NCBI GenBank assembly: GCA_040954595.2
Contig: CM082587.2
Coordinates: 6,065,705-6,129,704, forward strand
DNA from: Balanoglossus misakiensis
Taxonomy: Eukaryota > Animalia > Hemichordata
Direction of reading: 5' to 3'
Length of the DNA: 64,000 nucleotides
Of this stretch, positions 1 to 15,000 are shown in pieces. The position numbers were made by a program, and so were the translations under genes. Numbering within the stretch: position 1 is the first letter of the stretch; each line of letters begins with the position of its first letter. The notes below the pieces were generated by a model. It saw nothing but the letters and a program-made list of their open reading frames with translations. It had not been told where the DNA came from and did not search any database.

Positions 1-3000
1 CTTTGCATGTACGCATGTTTAATCACACAGCTGCAGAGATTTCGTCAAACATTTCTTAATTCCAGTTAGCAAACGCCTACATGTGTGCGTCACACTTTAA
101 AGTCGTTTCTGCGAAACTTTGGTCGCAACAGTTTCCTACATAACTATTAGTCGAGAGCCGATTCGCCACAAACTTTAAATTTGGTCCATTTCGGGAATCT
201 CTATTGACTACTTTATGATAGCCCTTATCTTAAATTTCTAAGACAAGACTCTTTTAAACAATCGTTTAGTTGGTTATTACTTTTTCTGCGGACATATGGA
301 TATTTCTTGCGGACTTTTCATCCCCTTGTTAAAAAAAAATCAACTACTGAATATTTGAAGTAAAATCATATGGAAACCTCCCTGCTGTTCTTGAACTTGT
401 TTCGTTTTAACATAATAATTTCATTATTAATACTCTTTCCCCAATTACACTAGAGCACCGGCTGTTATATCTACAACAACATTCTTTTTCTGTTTCTGTG
501 TGAAAGATCGATTTACAACACTACTTTCCCACAAAGACTCCGCGCCCTGTAGTGTTTACTTTTCAAATTATCCGGACGCCCCTCTGGAGATAGCTATACA
601 GATGTATGAATCCATTTGGAAGCCCAAGAAAAGAAGCGACATATCACACAAATGAAACCCTACGACAAAAAAAGAAGCGCCCAAGAAAATGGACCGGCCT
701 CGACGAGAACGCGATCGTCGTATTCTCGGGGCCTGGGTTTTCCATCCGATCGTAGCCAACAAAAGCGCACCACTGTTTCTCGGCCTGTCTACTTTGTTTC
801 CTCGAGAGACTGTTGCTTTTAAAACGTCCCCTGTTGAAACTTGTCCCACAACCACACAGATTTCAATTCACGGTACATCGTTTTCTCAGGAAAGTGTTTA
901 TTCTGCACACAGGAGTTTGCACACGAGTTACTCTATCAGCAGAACGATCATTCCGTTTTTTTGATCACGGACTCAGATTTTTTTTCAAATCGTAAGCTTC
1001 ATGTTACCACTTGTTTCTGAACAACAATGATTCTTTGACAGGAATACACGTTTTTTTCGTATACTGAAAGACTTGTATTTTAAATACGGGCTCGCTTCTC
1101 GCGTTTAATATAGCCGCTGAGAATTATGCAGGTACTGGTATAAGTTTCAAAAAGCATATTCTTATTCGAACCATCATGCTTATTGGTGGAACACGAACAA
1201 GAGAAGTAGAATGTGTATCTCCACGGAGTCAACGTCAAATTATGACCGTTAGCGCAATCGATTTCTTAAGCGAACATTTGTCTGGACGTGAAGAACACGC
1301 GGTATGATCACCAAAAATGGAAAAGTTCTAACACCTATACTGCGACTTATTCGTCACATGCAACGAGGAGTCAACCCAACGAAGTAGACGACGGCTTTCT
1401 GTCGGTGTCGGCTGGGGAACTGAACCTTAAAGTTTTTTTCAATCAACACTCTGAAACTGTGGTGTTAGCTTTGCACAAGCGGGCTTTTTTCGGACTTGCA
1501 TAACGAAGTTGCCAGAGTTATGAGATTTGGTTATGGGGAAATATGCAACGAAAATATAAAAGGACAAAAAACTTCTTAATAATCGTGCAAAAATAAGGGC
1601 AGACAGATCAAAAATATCTTATTTCTGTCGGCTTTTTCTGCTATGAAATCGCTATATTCGCCATACGGATGTCAGTAAACTGGCCCTCCTGAATATTAAC
1701 AGGGCTTTTTCAGGACCAATCTCTTATTGTCCCGTATATTTCTGTAAATAAATGATATAGTGGTATAGATCCAGTAGAGTAAATGGTTATAAAACCAACT
1801 GTCTGGCAAAACACGTTAGCGATGTGCAGGAATTCTGTAGACGAAACCATGATTTTGTGGGCGGTGGGTCTATTCTAACACTCCGCTACTACCAACCCCT
1901 TTTTCGGTCGTCTCGGCTTCCTGCGCGGTAACATTTCGTCGTTTGGATAAATTTTTATCACTCAAACTGGTTTAGCGGGTATTTAAACACAAAACACATC
2001 ATCGCTCTCTTAATTCTTCCAAATCTTTCACCATCGATCGTATGAACCGTACTCGAGACAAGAGAAGAGTACGGACCCCCTACTACATTTTTTTTGTGCC
2101 GACAGGTGCCAGTATCGCGATCACTATAGGGCCTTTTCAACACTATTGCACACACACTCACATGATAACAGACTGGACGTGACAAAGTATATTGGATTAA
2201 AACGTTGACTGACCGTCAGGGGAAAATGTAAATGCGCCAACTGCATTGTAATTGTGGATAGTATTTTTTGTGCTATATAATCTCGGATTTTGCCACAGGG
2301 ATGTAGTGCAGTTAGAGTTACATATCCGAAAGCAAATGCTTGATTTTCAGTGAAACCCTACCTAATAGTCCCTAGTGAGTTATTTTTTCGCCTCGAAATT
2401 TATTTCTCGGGACTTTAATTTAATACAAATATGATATACCATTGCACTTTCTGCAGTGGTCGAAAGTATATCTTCATATCGAAAGAAATGTGAATTTTTA
2501 ATGAACTCGGACGATTTTTGGGTGGGACAGGTTTACCTGAAAATGACTTTGCAGTAGTAGTTCTGGGGCTCGTATCATAGAAGGATGCTTCATGCAGAAA
2601 TTGGCGATATTTTTGTCTGAATCGCGGTATTAAACGCACACTGTATGATCGCTTGTTCTCGGGTAGACCGTGCGCTCCTCGGTCGGACCGACTAAATATC
2701 CCTCGCTGAACAGTCAAAAGTCAAACCGAAACACTATGCATCGTTCCATCACAATTTCCCGCCCAATTATGAAAACAAAACAAAGCCAATTATGGGTCAT
2801 GGAAAATGACCTGTCCAAGTCTTTCCCAACTTCTAAAGTGTAATTTCGACGTGGGAGAAAAATAATGTATACTATAGGACCAACTGTGTCGGGTGTTGGT
2901 TTAGACGGACTCTTGACTCCTCCATACATCTGTCTATGGTGCTGACGGTATTATATTTGTGCAATGCGTGAATGGCTCTGCGTGGAAAAAACGGTGAAGG

Positions 3001-6000
3001 GTCCTCAGACCCCCGTTCAAAAATTCTCCACCGACTTCTCGGTCGAGAGAATATTTAGCATTCATGCATGTTTCTTGCGTTGGTGTATCAGAGCTCACGT
3101 ACGTATAAAATCGCGGGTCCGGTTAGACTGACACGGGCCGTATCTTGCGATGTTTTTGTCCACAAGTTGTGTAATTTATTGTTAAACGTCTGAGTCGTCT
3201 GACCCACGTCACCTTTGACCTGTGCTCCAAACCGCGAATTTATTTAGTGTTTTCATAATTTTCGTGCAGAAAATGTCCGTATTGATCAACGTAAAGCGAA
3301 GCAAGTTCAGGTCTGGAGAGGTGAAGATTTCCGGCACCAGACTGGGGCTTACAGCGTCAAAGGGCATTTCCAATCACACGCACAACACAAACGATATATG
3401 TGCACGTTATTTGATGCATGAGTTTGTTTTATTTACTCGCTTACAATTTGATGGAGTAGGGCGGAATTCTAGTTTTTTAAATAAAAAAAAACTCGGTGCT
3501 GTTTTTTGCGAGGTTCTGGTGTTGCAAACGAATTCGCAGTAAACTACCAGGCCTTATCGCAACTAAAGCAACATTCAGGCGCCGACAGACGTGGTCGCAC
3601 ACGCCAGCCATTTCTAGCGAACCTGGTCTATCAGTGTGCTACTTTAGACCTAAAAGTTTCCAAGTATTCTCAAATAAATGAAAAAAAAAGTCGGGTTAGC
3701 GTAGCCAGAGCTACTGTAACCGTGCACATAAGAAGTGTGTTGACTCAGGATTGCTGTTATAAATACATTAATTTTACTGGTGATTATGCAAAAACCCCGC
3801 GTCATTCGCTCTGGGCCTGCATGTATGATGAAGAGAATTCGACTACCACTAACACCTGCGGTGGTACTAGACGCAAATGTGTGCATTCTTCCACAAGTTT
3901 TTGTCCAACCCTCCTGCCATCCCCTTAAAATACAGTACCTGTAGCTTACTATGGTATTTTTTTTACTCTTTTGGTCTCTGCAACGATTAGTTTCTTGTTC
4001 TACTGACTAAAGCATGTGTGAATGCCAAGAATTCAACTTGTCGACAAAGCAGGCATACGTGCAAAGTTGCAGACGTTCACTGTTGACGTTGGAATTTTCA
4101 GCCCGGACTAAAATACCAACTGTCAACACTGACATTACTGGTTGCACGTACATGTATATAGAGACCGTGGTGACGAGTTGCATACGTCAGCATGTTGTAT
4201 TATGGAGCTGAACAAGAAATCTGCCGTGGATGCACACAGAATTCAAACTCCTGGAAACATTGTCAAAAGTTACAGCTATTGTCCGTTTAATTGCAAGAGA
4301 ATTGGAGGTATACTGCGTGTAAAATATGGCAAGTCTAAGTCTTGTGTATAGACGTTACCACAGTTGAAGCACGTCCGTCCAGTCTGCCCCTGCGGTTGGG
4401 GAGTTTACTTTCAGACACTCGCAGAAGGCAAAGGTCGTGACACCCACAGGAAGAAAAATGGCCAGAAAAGAAAACTGCAAAGCAGATTCAAGATGTAATC
4501 CGCAAAACATGAACAACTCTCAGTGACCACTAAAGGAACCCACAACAAACATTGCACAACTTAGAATTGGAACATTATCCGTACATCCGGGTACCAACAT
4601 ACATTCCCCGAAAAAAAAACGTGATCTTTGACCCTTTTGACATTTTTAACGACCTCTTCTTCATTAGCTGTAACTCTCGACCATTTTCACAGTACATGTA
4701 TTGCTGTTTTGTGTGCGCATTGTATTTTCTTGTGCTACTTAATTTTACATGATAAATACCTAGAGCCATGTTTGCCACTTCGTCATGTGTATGTAAAGCA
4801 AGCGCTGTTGCTGTTGATAAATATGAATTCAGTTTCCAACAATAATGCTGATTGAGCACATTTGGACTGCATACGTTGGAGCATTTTAGGGACTGGAACA
4901 CTCAACAGAGCTGAAAACCATCAAAAGGTATATCAGCTAATGGAGTTTAAAAGAAAACGATATGCTTGGATATGATCATTTTTATCATCATGATCTCTTT
5001 CAAATTTCCATCCCAATGTCACAGAAGCCGGGTTTAAGGACTGGTGTGGAAACGTGAACAAGTGCCGGCGAAATCACCAAACAAACAAAAAACAACAAAT
5101 CAAACAAATGAACAATTTATGATCTAAGACCCAATAAATCTTTCAAAACGTAACTTCTATAATGAGAATGCTTTTGTTTGAATTCAGTTTCATCATGAAA
5201 TACCACGCTGCCTTCGTCTCCATTTTTTGTTGTTGCGACGCAGAAGTTCTCCAACGCGGCAGAAGTCTCCCGAGCATTGCTCAAAACCACCGCTAAACGC
5301 TCTTCACTTCCTTGTGCAGTTCTCTCGATTGTACCGTGTTACTAAACGTGAAACTCCCGACACAGAGTTGACTCTGCCGCAAGCCGAGCCTGCTCTGGCG
5401 GTTGAACCTACAGTCATGCCATTTTCAAAATGGAGTCGGAGATTTGGCGCGCCATGTTTTTTTTCTCTCAATCCGGGCAAGGACGGGGGGACCCCCGTTT
5501 ATATTTTCCTGCATACCTACCAGCACAAACACCACAAAACAGAAGAATACGTTGCAGGAGACTTGAAAAAAGACAGAAAAAATTGCATTGTTAGTAACAG
5601 GTTGGATTTCCAATCTCAAATTAGAAACTACTGCATATATGCTAAGGGAGACACACATTAGGGGAAAAGGGCACAATCGCCGCGCGTCGGTACAGACCTG
5701 TGAAAAAAAAATCGTTGACCCGATAGTCCTGCGTCAGAAAAGAAGGGTCTTATTTTCGTCTTCTGCAAGTCAGTGTGAAAGCCTGGAACAAAAGGCTAGC
5801 TTGGCGTTCCCCAAGTAGTCTAAGATGACTCAAAACGATAAATACTAGTACCTTATGCAATATATTGGCCCTTTGCTCCCCCCCCCCCCCAAAAAAAACC
5901 CCACACAACAACAAACAAACTACGACAAAAAGGCACCATTCACTTTGTACCAGATCGAACTGATCGCCATGCTACTTTCAAATGAAGGGGGAAAAGCGCC

Positions 6001-9000
6001 CCACTCGCTCTTGGCTATTGGGACCACCAACTTGAGAAAGTAATTTTTTGGAATCAGAAGGATTTTCCGAAGTGGAATGTAAAATCACATTCGACAACGG
6101 CGTACGATTGCTTATATTACTCGCCAGCCCGGCCACAACCAATTTGTCTGTGCAGAAACGCATCTCACTAAAAATGCATTAGGTTTATTCGATGGTTTAC
6201 AGTGCCTGGCGTGTTTATACGTACAATTCATGATCCAAACCTCCAACCCCAGAGCTGGGCCTGCACGTGGGCGTCAAATTCACCAAGATAACCCCAGACT
6301 ACGTTAGCAGCGCTCTCCTGAAACACAAGATCGCGTAGCCACACCAATATTTCACCGTATATACGACTGTATTCGATAAGCCACCGCCACCAGCTCGATA
6401 GCGCTGGGGCCACACAGACTATTATTCGCTCATGGGCGAATCCAGTCAAGAGTGCCAGTATGCCAGGAATGACGTAAAGGGTTTCTATCAAAGATTGCGC
6501 TGCAGAATCCCAGTATTCCATGCAACTTAACATAATAAAAAATACAGGAAATGTCTTCCCCCAAAATCTGAGGCCCCGCCTGCTAAAAAACGTCATGTTA
6601 CTTCTAAAGGTGTGGTTTGTGTGTTTATCATATAGTGAGGACCTGGGCCGGCTCTGAACTTCTGGGCGACTCGTCCACGCGGCACGCGACGGCGCTGGGG
6701 CTATGCCGGTGTTCTAACCCAACTATAAGAAATAAACTATGAACCCGGTGCTTGCAAATTCGGCCAGCCGATGAATAACTCGGTCACTTTTACGCCAACA
6801 ATTATACACTGTCTGGCAGAAAAAGAAATGTATAGTTTTGACAGGGAGGGTCGTGATTGAGTACACGGTACGCGCTCAATTAAGACCCACACCGAATCAT
6901 AAATGCACGCATATTTCATGATAGGTGGTTCGTCAAAGCTACATGGCCGCCGTTTTTATGTTGAAGGCACGGGCGTCGGGCAAAATCGTTAAAAAGCGAC
7001 TGTTAAACCTGACCGACTTTCTTTGTCCGACTCAAAACCTAAACAGTATATCTCGCGCCATGGCAGACAAAATGTTTTTTTTTTTATGTGAACGGGTCAA
7101 CTTTAAGCATTATAAAAAAATCACGTATGAATTTTTAATATTGGCTCCAGAGATCGCATTTTACCTGGGTGTTGTCCGTGGCGGTTGCACGCAGCGCAGA
7201 GTGGCGGTAGCTGATAGCCGTTCGGATAAAACCCAAGCGGTTCCAACCCCAGCATCCCCTGATCGGCGATGAACTCGGCGGTCGCATGCATGCAACACAC
7301 TTGCAACGGAAATGTTCTGAATAATCAACGATTTGGTCAAACGGGGGCTTCCGAAATTCCACACGTTGGCTGTCAGCCACACGAATCGTCACTCACTTCG
7401 CTCCTGTCGTAAGCACATCCCCCTTTCGCCTCCATAACTCGACCAAATTGTCGGTTCAGCAAGCGAACTGTCTTAAATCTTTGGCGGTCGAAGCTTGCGG
7501 AAAACTGCAAACCGTTTCGCCACGTCTGTCTTGTCTTAAAAAAACACCCGAGTGGAATCTTTTCTGGTGGAATCAACCTTGCCAGAAAACCGGGCGACCA
7601 AACTGTTTAAAAAATAACTTATTTATTTAAACTTTTTTGTAAAAAAAACCAGCGACCGTTTTTTATTTTTTACGGCCATGTTTTCGATCTTGTCTGCCAG
7701 GCACGTAGCAGCCCCGACTGCGAGCTCTACACAGACCACGTTATCTGATCGGTTCGAGCAGTTTTACCAGAACTGCCCATTCCGACGCGCATGTTATGGC
7801 GGTTACACCACCACTGGGGGTTCCCAATGTCTCCACGACATCGGCGGCCTTATAGAGAGCCGAAATTTTGGAGTCAAAATGCCGGTGTGAGCCGGGGCCT
7901 GCACCGCCAATTATATTTCGCGTCGGAGTCTGGCGTTGCCGCGGCAGAATGCAAAAGGCAGACTGCGTTCACGGTACAAAGAACGGTATATACAGGGAAG
8001 GCAGACGATCTCCGCCAACGTAACACAAGACCAAACTCATTGTCAAGCTTACCGGTCCTCGTGCCTGGGAACGGCGGGACACCTGGCTGCACCAGCTGGA
8101 AGGGGAAATTTTCCATGTTGAAATTCTAAAGCCACCTTGCTGGAAAATAAAGCCTTCCTTCGGTTGCGGCAACCTTGTGGCTTCTCACGTACATAGGCAG
8201 ACGTATGACAATATATCAAGTGTAGTAACTAGGTTAACTAAGGACGCCGGTAAATACCAACTAACATTGAACTATACTATAAATAGGACCAAACGATATT
8301 TAATGCGCATGTCTCCCTAGCTTTGCGGTAACTCATCGTCCAACGTCGCGCGCGCCCACCCCACGTCAGCAACATGGCAAGTACGAAGGCTGCTGGGCGA
8401 GTTGCTCGGAGCTTCTCCCGGGTCGCTTGGATGCCAAGCAAGGCAGCGAATAGAATAAAGCGCTGCTTGGCTTCCAGTGGGTTCCCATTCAGATTCTTGG
8501 AAAAGAGCACGTGGTATTGCCGTCAAAGACTGGGAGAGTATAACTGGGTAGTGTGACGCAAGTATAGTTAGCGACCCGCCCCGACTGTCTGCAGCGATGA
8601 TTTAGTCTTATTTTACTTTTCTTCACATATTTTTTCTGTGAAATATATGTAAATATTTACATGTTATTGAATCATCTTTTTTCGCCAATGTGTTTTTTTT
8701 ATAATTAGGAAATTACACTTCTGTGACACTGAACTGAGCTTTCGATACAGTATCATAAGCTTACACTACTGTTTTTGTGGGAAAACATAATTTTGATATA
8801 TATAGCATCCATAAACTATAAAAAGACAGCAGAGAAAACAAATAATGCAAATAAATTTGAATTAATTAGGTAGGGGTTAACTACACTATCGCGATTTCAA
8901 CGTCTGCATTGATTATAATTAGACTGAATTCATGTAAGAGTACTTTGTGTATCAAAATTCAAATATGTAACCCTTTTTAGTACTACCTATATCGCGTGGT

Positions 9001-9852
9001 GAAAATCGAAAGATGGGAAAGGAAAAAAAATTGCTTTCGAGCTGCCGACTGACTGGTTCTGCGTTACCCACATTGCATAGCGAATAGGTAACTTCCGCTC
9101 ACGCTCCCAGAAAACGTTTTAGTTTGGTGGTCTAAACTCTGGATTGAGTGACAGATGGGTGTATGGGGGGGGGGGGGGGAGGAGGTACCGATCATTTCTG
9201 GGTTGGACGTCAGTCCTCACATTCTGTTTTGAATCCATTATCTGTTTGTTGTTTAACTTTCATTTAACGAGCATCGGTTGTCATACAAAGGGAGACATTT
9301 CTTGAATACTGATCTTCTCTTTGGGGCGGCCATTTTCATTCACAAGTCAGCCAGCATATTGCACATTTCCAACATTTTAAAATAGTCCTTTGGTCAAGCG
9401 CTTTCCTACACTGCTTGTACACATAAATCCTTAAAATATATCAAGAAGCATTTATAGTGCCCCCAAATACTGAGGTGTCTAATTTCGAGGGAAAATGCCA
9501 AAACAAATTATAATTATATTGCAAAATATAGTGTGTAAGCCATGAGGTGGCATTTAGAGTGCAAGAGTACTGAATTTGTGCAAACAACATGGAAATTATA
9601 GTTGATAAACAACTATGAGTGTCGAGTGTGCATGGCAAAACTTTCAACATCACTGGCTTCAATTCTGCACCATATACAAATCACTGGAATGCATCTATGC
9701 ACAGTGTTAAAGACAAGGGCAACACACAATACACCGAATAAACTGTGGGGACAGTGAGATTGGCAGGTATGCCAGACCAACAATCTGCAGTTGAGAATAG
9801 AATCCGAACTTGACGTGGCACAAACTCAGCCCATTGAGATACGTTTCAATAC

Positions 9853-10089
9853 GTATTGTGAAATGCCAATATGATGAACAAACATTTCGCAGCAGTACAG
9901 TTTTGACTCAATAGCGGTCACGTTCAAACATGCATGCATGTACAATTTATTTGTGACAGAATAGCGGTATTTTTAATACATGTACCAATAAACTGATAAT
10001 TTGTATAATAAATTGAAGTGTTTCAACATATGTATTGTGAAATGCCAATATGATGAACAAACATTTCGCAGCAGTACAGTTTTGACTCA
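9853..10089. repeat. 58-bp exact direct repeat (9853-9910 and 10032-10089), period 179 bp
   Basis: gtattgtgaaatgccaatatgatgaacaaacatttcgcagcagtacagttttgactca occurs twice; the upstream 'tttcaa' flanks are also similar. Confidence 0.9.
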
Positions 10090-11231
10090 TATAAGACCAC
10101 GGGCGTGATTCGAAAGGCAGAATTTACATGAAGCAGCCCAGGGTTCTCCAATCAAATAGAGGATTGGTGTCACGTGGCACGGGTATATTGGTGCCCAGGA
10201 CTGTTGTGATGGATGTGTGTATATATTAACCTAAGGCTTGTTTTTTTTTCGTTCGTGTGCTGACTGCACCACACGTGACGTAATATGACACAGGTATGTC
10301 TGGGGTGAACGATTTCAACCGATTATTTTTTTTCTAGGTCGGCGTTGAGGGAACTGTTTTAGTGTGCCAACTTATGTGCATTAACCCAAGTGCACAATTT
10401 AAAGCTGAATTGTGTTGTCGTGCATTTAATCTTTAATGTTGATATGCCAACAGTTGTTAAAATTAAGGACCCTTCAGAAGAAACTGGTTTACAGGGCATT
10501 TCACTAATTCTGCCGCACAATCTCCTTCCAGGAAAATATTGGCCTGGCCCAGTCTATCTCTTTCAGCGAGGTACACCAATTACTGTTAGCACATATTGCT
10601 TAGCGTAATTTCAAGTTGCAGATATCCGTCCAAGAGAGTTGGATATGTCCACACCCCTTTCCTGGGGTGTGTCATGCGGGTCTCTTTATTTGTTTTTGAT
10701 TTTTTTGTTGCTTTATATTACGGAAAGGGCAGAACAGAGGGTCGGAGAGGCGTGTTATGCCGTGCTCGTGATTCAAAAGATGGCCAGTAATTCACGAGTT
10801 CGCAGCTGATTTCATTATGGCGTCTTCCATTCTGAGCAGAAACACGCACAAAAGGGGGATTACACAATAAAAATACGACAGCATAATAAAATAGTTAGAA
10901 TAAAGTCTGGCTTCTTGAATTGGGAAAACACACAAACGTTACGATAACAAAAGGTCATGTCATACAGCACCACCGTTGGAGACCAAACGATCATTTTGTA
11001 GTAGCCTATGTTCTTTCCCGCCGAAATCTCGAGTCTACCAGTGGACAGCTAAGGATAGCGCATTGGCTTACCAGCTGATTTTCTTATAACATAGCCTCAG
11101 TCCATTTATCTAGATAAAATACTGACATTTTGAGCGTAACTGTGATGATTTCATGAGAATGATTAAAAAAGATTGCTATCAAACGTTACTGTTTCTGTAC
11201 TAGCACACTATTTTGGCCCAGAATTTACCTC

Positions 11232-12047
11232 CGTAGAAAACGCGCGAAGTATATCGGCGAGGTAATTGATAATACCAACACGATATGTCAATACTTTGTT
11301 GGATATCCGGCGGAGAATTTATTGCCATTACGAGGCGAGTCGATATTTGGTGTTTATATTATGACGTTGAGAGGTTAGGTGTTGTAATCGATATGATAAC
11401 ACGTTATGAAACGATATATAAGGGGGCGGGGGTTAGGATAGGGCATGGTGCAACCGATAGGCTAAAATTCCTGTTCGACGATATAGTCGGTTCAAGTATC
11501 TGAATTAGCTTTTTGTCTTGTTTACTTGTTAGTTTGAGCTGTACGTGTTCACCGATCACTGGGGTAATATTGTAGCACTGTTTTTCTGAAAAATTCTTCA
11601 ATGATAGGCTATAGAATGCGATAACCACGCACGGCATCTGTGGGTAGTCATCTACCTAAAAATGTATGTGACATCTTAGACAGTACTCTACTGTCTACGG
11701 TAATATCAATCGTTTCAAAACTATACCAATAGATATACCAGGTGTTTAACAAGTGCGTATTATTATTACACATCAATACTGAAAGCACATTATTTGTTTG
11801 TTCGTGTGCCATCGTAGAAAACCGACGAAATATATCTCAAAGGTTGGCGTTTATTGATAATATCAACGCGATGTTTGGTTGTACATCCGGAGGGAAATTT
11901 ATTGCCTGCGCCCAGACATGTCGATATTTGGGGGTAATGTATATGGATTTAAGATGACGCTGGAAGATTATGTTGCGCAATCGATATGATATCATGTTAT
12001 GAAACGAGATAACGCGGGGTTACTGAGGATAGGGCTTGGTGCAACGG
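11232..12047. repeat. Diverged ~230-bp direct duplication (~11232-11455 and ~11812-12047)
   Basis: Colinear shared blocks: cgtagaaaac, ttgataata, atccgg..aatttattgcc, gtcgatatttgg, aatcgatatgata, gttatgaaacga, aggatagggc.tggtgcaac. Confidence 0.8.
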
Positions 12048-15000
12048 TGCCTTGCCTACGAGGGGAATTAGGGGAGAACAGAAATTTTATGGGGGGGGGG
12101 AGTTGTTGGTAGATGGTGTGTGGAGGAAAACACGTATATACAGTGGCTGAAAAAATGCTGACCTACCTAAACCCTCCCGAGAAACCAAATGGTTCTTACC
12201 TTAAGCTTATGGGTTTGCCACTAGGATGTGCGCATCAAGCGTTTATCTTGTCAAGTATTCACAGAATATGTTGCCATATGGTTAACAGTGAAGGATGGGT
12301 TGTTTGCACAGGATCAACACGTGAATCCGAAGTGTATCTGGAATATAAGCAGACAAAAAGATTACCATCACTGGAGTGTTGAGTGTTTGTTTACATGCAT
12401 ATATTGTACCTTTTGGGTCGGAATGACCATGTTCGATAAATATATCAATACTGTAGGACACAAGCAGTGTCATAAAATACGGCGTTAAATTCGTTAATAT
12501 AGTATATCCCCCCTCCCCCCCTCTCTCTCTCTCTAGACCTATAATGCACTCATGATGTCACAGGCCACTTTTCGTGACCTTTCAACTCGGTGTTTTGTTG
12601 GTATAACATTATACAACATTCACCCTTCAATTTCTAAGATGAATTAGAGTCAGAGTCGATAGAGTGGTCGACTGTAAGTGAGTTGAAACTCAATATGGTA
12701 AACTCCTGCCAACAAAACGCCAGGCTCTTGTGAAGGTCACATTGGGGTCATGAAAGTGGCTTATTACATCATATGGCAGTGGTTGGTGGTTGTGTGTAAA
12801 ATCGTCTGCAATTGGCTTTGGTTGACCTGGCGTATTTGCACGAAGCAGCAATATTTGGGGGACACCCGTTAAAACAATTGTCTTGTTCAAAGTTTTGCAA
12901 GTATTTCCATTCATCGATAGTTGATGATATTTGCGCACACATAACATGGTTTTATCTACGCGAACTTATTTTGACCACTGAAATTAAAATCCCGGAAAAA
13001 ATGTCAGGTTTAGCAAGATGCTAGAAAAATAATACTGCATTCCAGTATTTTTTTCTCACTTTTCCGCGTTTTTTTGTATCGAATATGATATGGTACAGCC
13101 GGGAGAGCAGGGAAGCGAAACTCTCCGATGTCCGCGTCAGATAAACACCGACATGCATCCGGCGAAACGCAAGAAGACATCTCCGCGCCGAACTGGATAC
13201 TGCCTCGATGATCTAATCTTTACATCCGCCTCGGCGGGTACGTTCCCTAGCAACGACCAGACCCGCCCCGTGCCTTGCACAACCTGGTCAAGTCTGACAC
13301 TCACTGCCAATGTGTCATCGCATCGCGCGTGGTCGTCATCTTTGGTTTGGGGGGGGGGGGTGAGAGAGACGAGAACACGTATGTGAAGGACGAATGGGTC
13401 ATACGCATCACAGAATCAACCGATAGGGCCAGTGACCGGCTACATTGAAAAGTAGTTCTTCCCTTGCCCGTTGCCTATCGATTCATACGAATACCAACAA
13501 CTGTGAACACGAACTTAAAATTACACTATCTATTATCCCCCGTCGGTTTCTTAGAACTGTATCAAAAGCACGTTTTTCTGAAACATACGAATTGACGAAC
13601 GTTCTTTTTTAAAGATACAGACAAAACTGGCATATATTAGCATTTATAAACAGAAACACTGAAACGCCAAGACGTTCTGTAGAGGTAAGTGATGCCGAGA
13701 GTAACTTTTGCGCTTGTACACTGAGAAGCTCGTATTGCATTGCCATTGGAAAATACATATCAACTATTTTAAACCCAGTCCAAAATATGAAAATAACTAT
13801 GCCGAAAGACGCTGTCGTCCAACATGGATGTCTTAAAGTTTATTTTTAGCCAAACAACAAATGTTTGCGTTTAGGTCCAAGCGGTATAAAACTTATCAAA
13901 TCACATACAATATACCGTGCATATGATATACAACAAAGGGTTAATACTGCCTAACAACAAGCTTGTGAAATTTTATAAAATATATCAGCGGCGACACTGT
14001 TCTTACGCACAGCACAGCGAACTAGCGTCTATTTCCTTCCAAAATCGATGCCTGAACTATTTTTATGGTCGTTTGCCATGGCCAACATATTCCGAGCAAT
14101 CTGGATTTTCGACGTAATCTCTAAATGAGCTTTTCTTGGTTACATACACTTGGATAATAAAGTTGTTCGGTTGACAGATGTGACCTTTGGAGAGCAATAG
14201 AAGTAGGACCATAAACTCGCATAAATTTAACTTGGGCTGATCCTGGGAGATAAGGGCTATTTCTTACGTCGTCAAGATTGCTGAAAAACGACAAACGATA
14301 ATATCTTTCACATCCTTAACAGATCTACATACACCGAATGCAGCTTTTTATTCGGTATTAGTGTTTTATATCGTGCCCTAAATCTCTGGTTGGTTGTAAT
14401 TCTACACAGAACGCCAAGAAAGAAGAATTCGGAGTGGCAAGAATCTTCTCAATTTGCTCAAATATCATACCATCTACTTTTCATTGGAAAAGGTTGATCA
14501 CCGAAACGTTTTGGGGTTATCTGGGACATTAGCTGTAACTGTTTTCTTTCTAGTCTTCTTTGAAAACGGTTGGTTAGCATTCACGAGCCAAAGGGTACGA
14601 TAGCGTCTAAAATGTTCAAACTGGGAGATTTTGTCACTACTCACTGGTTCCAGCCATCGTTCCATGCTGGTTCTCTGCAGAGAGTTACTATAATAGTTAA
14701 GTTATGTCTCTTCCCTATGTAGAAACTTTATTCCCACTTATCATAAGTATTAATTCGGCGAGTTTTGTGATGTCTCCTAATAACTTTGAGAATTGTAAAA
14801 CTCACGCCATGCATTCTCCCTCACGCAGACCCCCCACCTCAAGTAGAAACTCAAGAAACCAACGTCAACAGTAACCGGGGTCCCGCTCTCGCAGTGTCAA
14901 AGCCGTTTGCGATTCAGTCTAGACACAAGGCAAAGTAACGCATGTCTAAGGTTAAGCCCACACCAAACCTTGACTTAGCTTCTGGCATGAATAATGAGCC

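Noticed and set aside
6072-6090. tggaatgtaaa resembles the 5' end of miR-1
   Set aside because: Only 11 nt match, the rest diverges, and there is no pre-miRNA-length hairpin.
6228-6596. 122-aa hydrophobic minus-strand ORF
   Set aside because: No recognisable domain or splice context; ORFs of this length arise by chance in 64 kb.
9853-10089. Direct repeat considered as a CRISPR-like array
   Set aside because: Only two copies, in a eukaryotic context with no cas genes; a simple local duplication.
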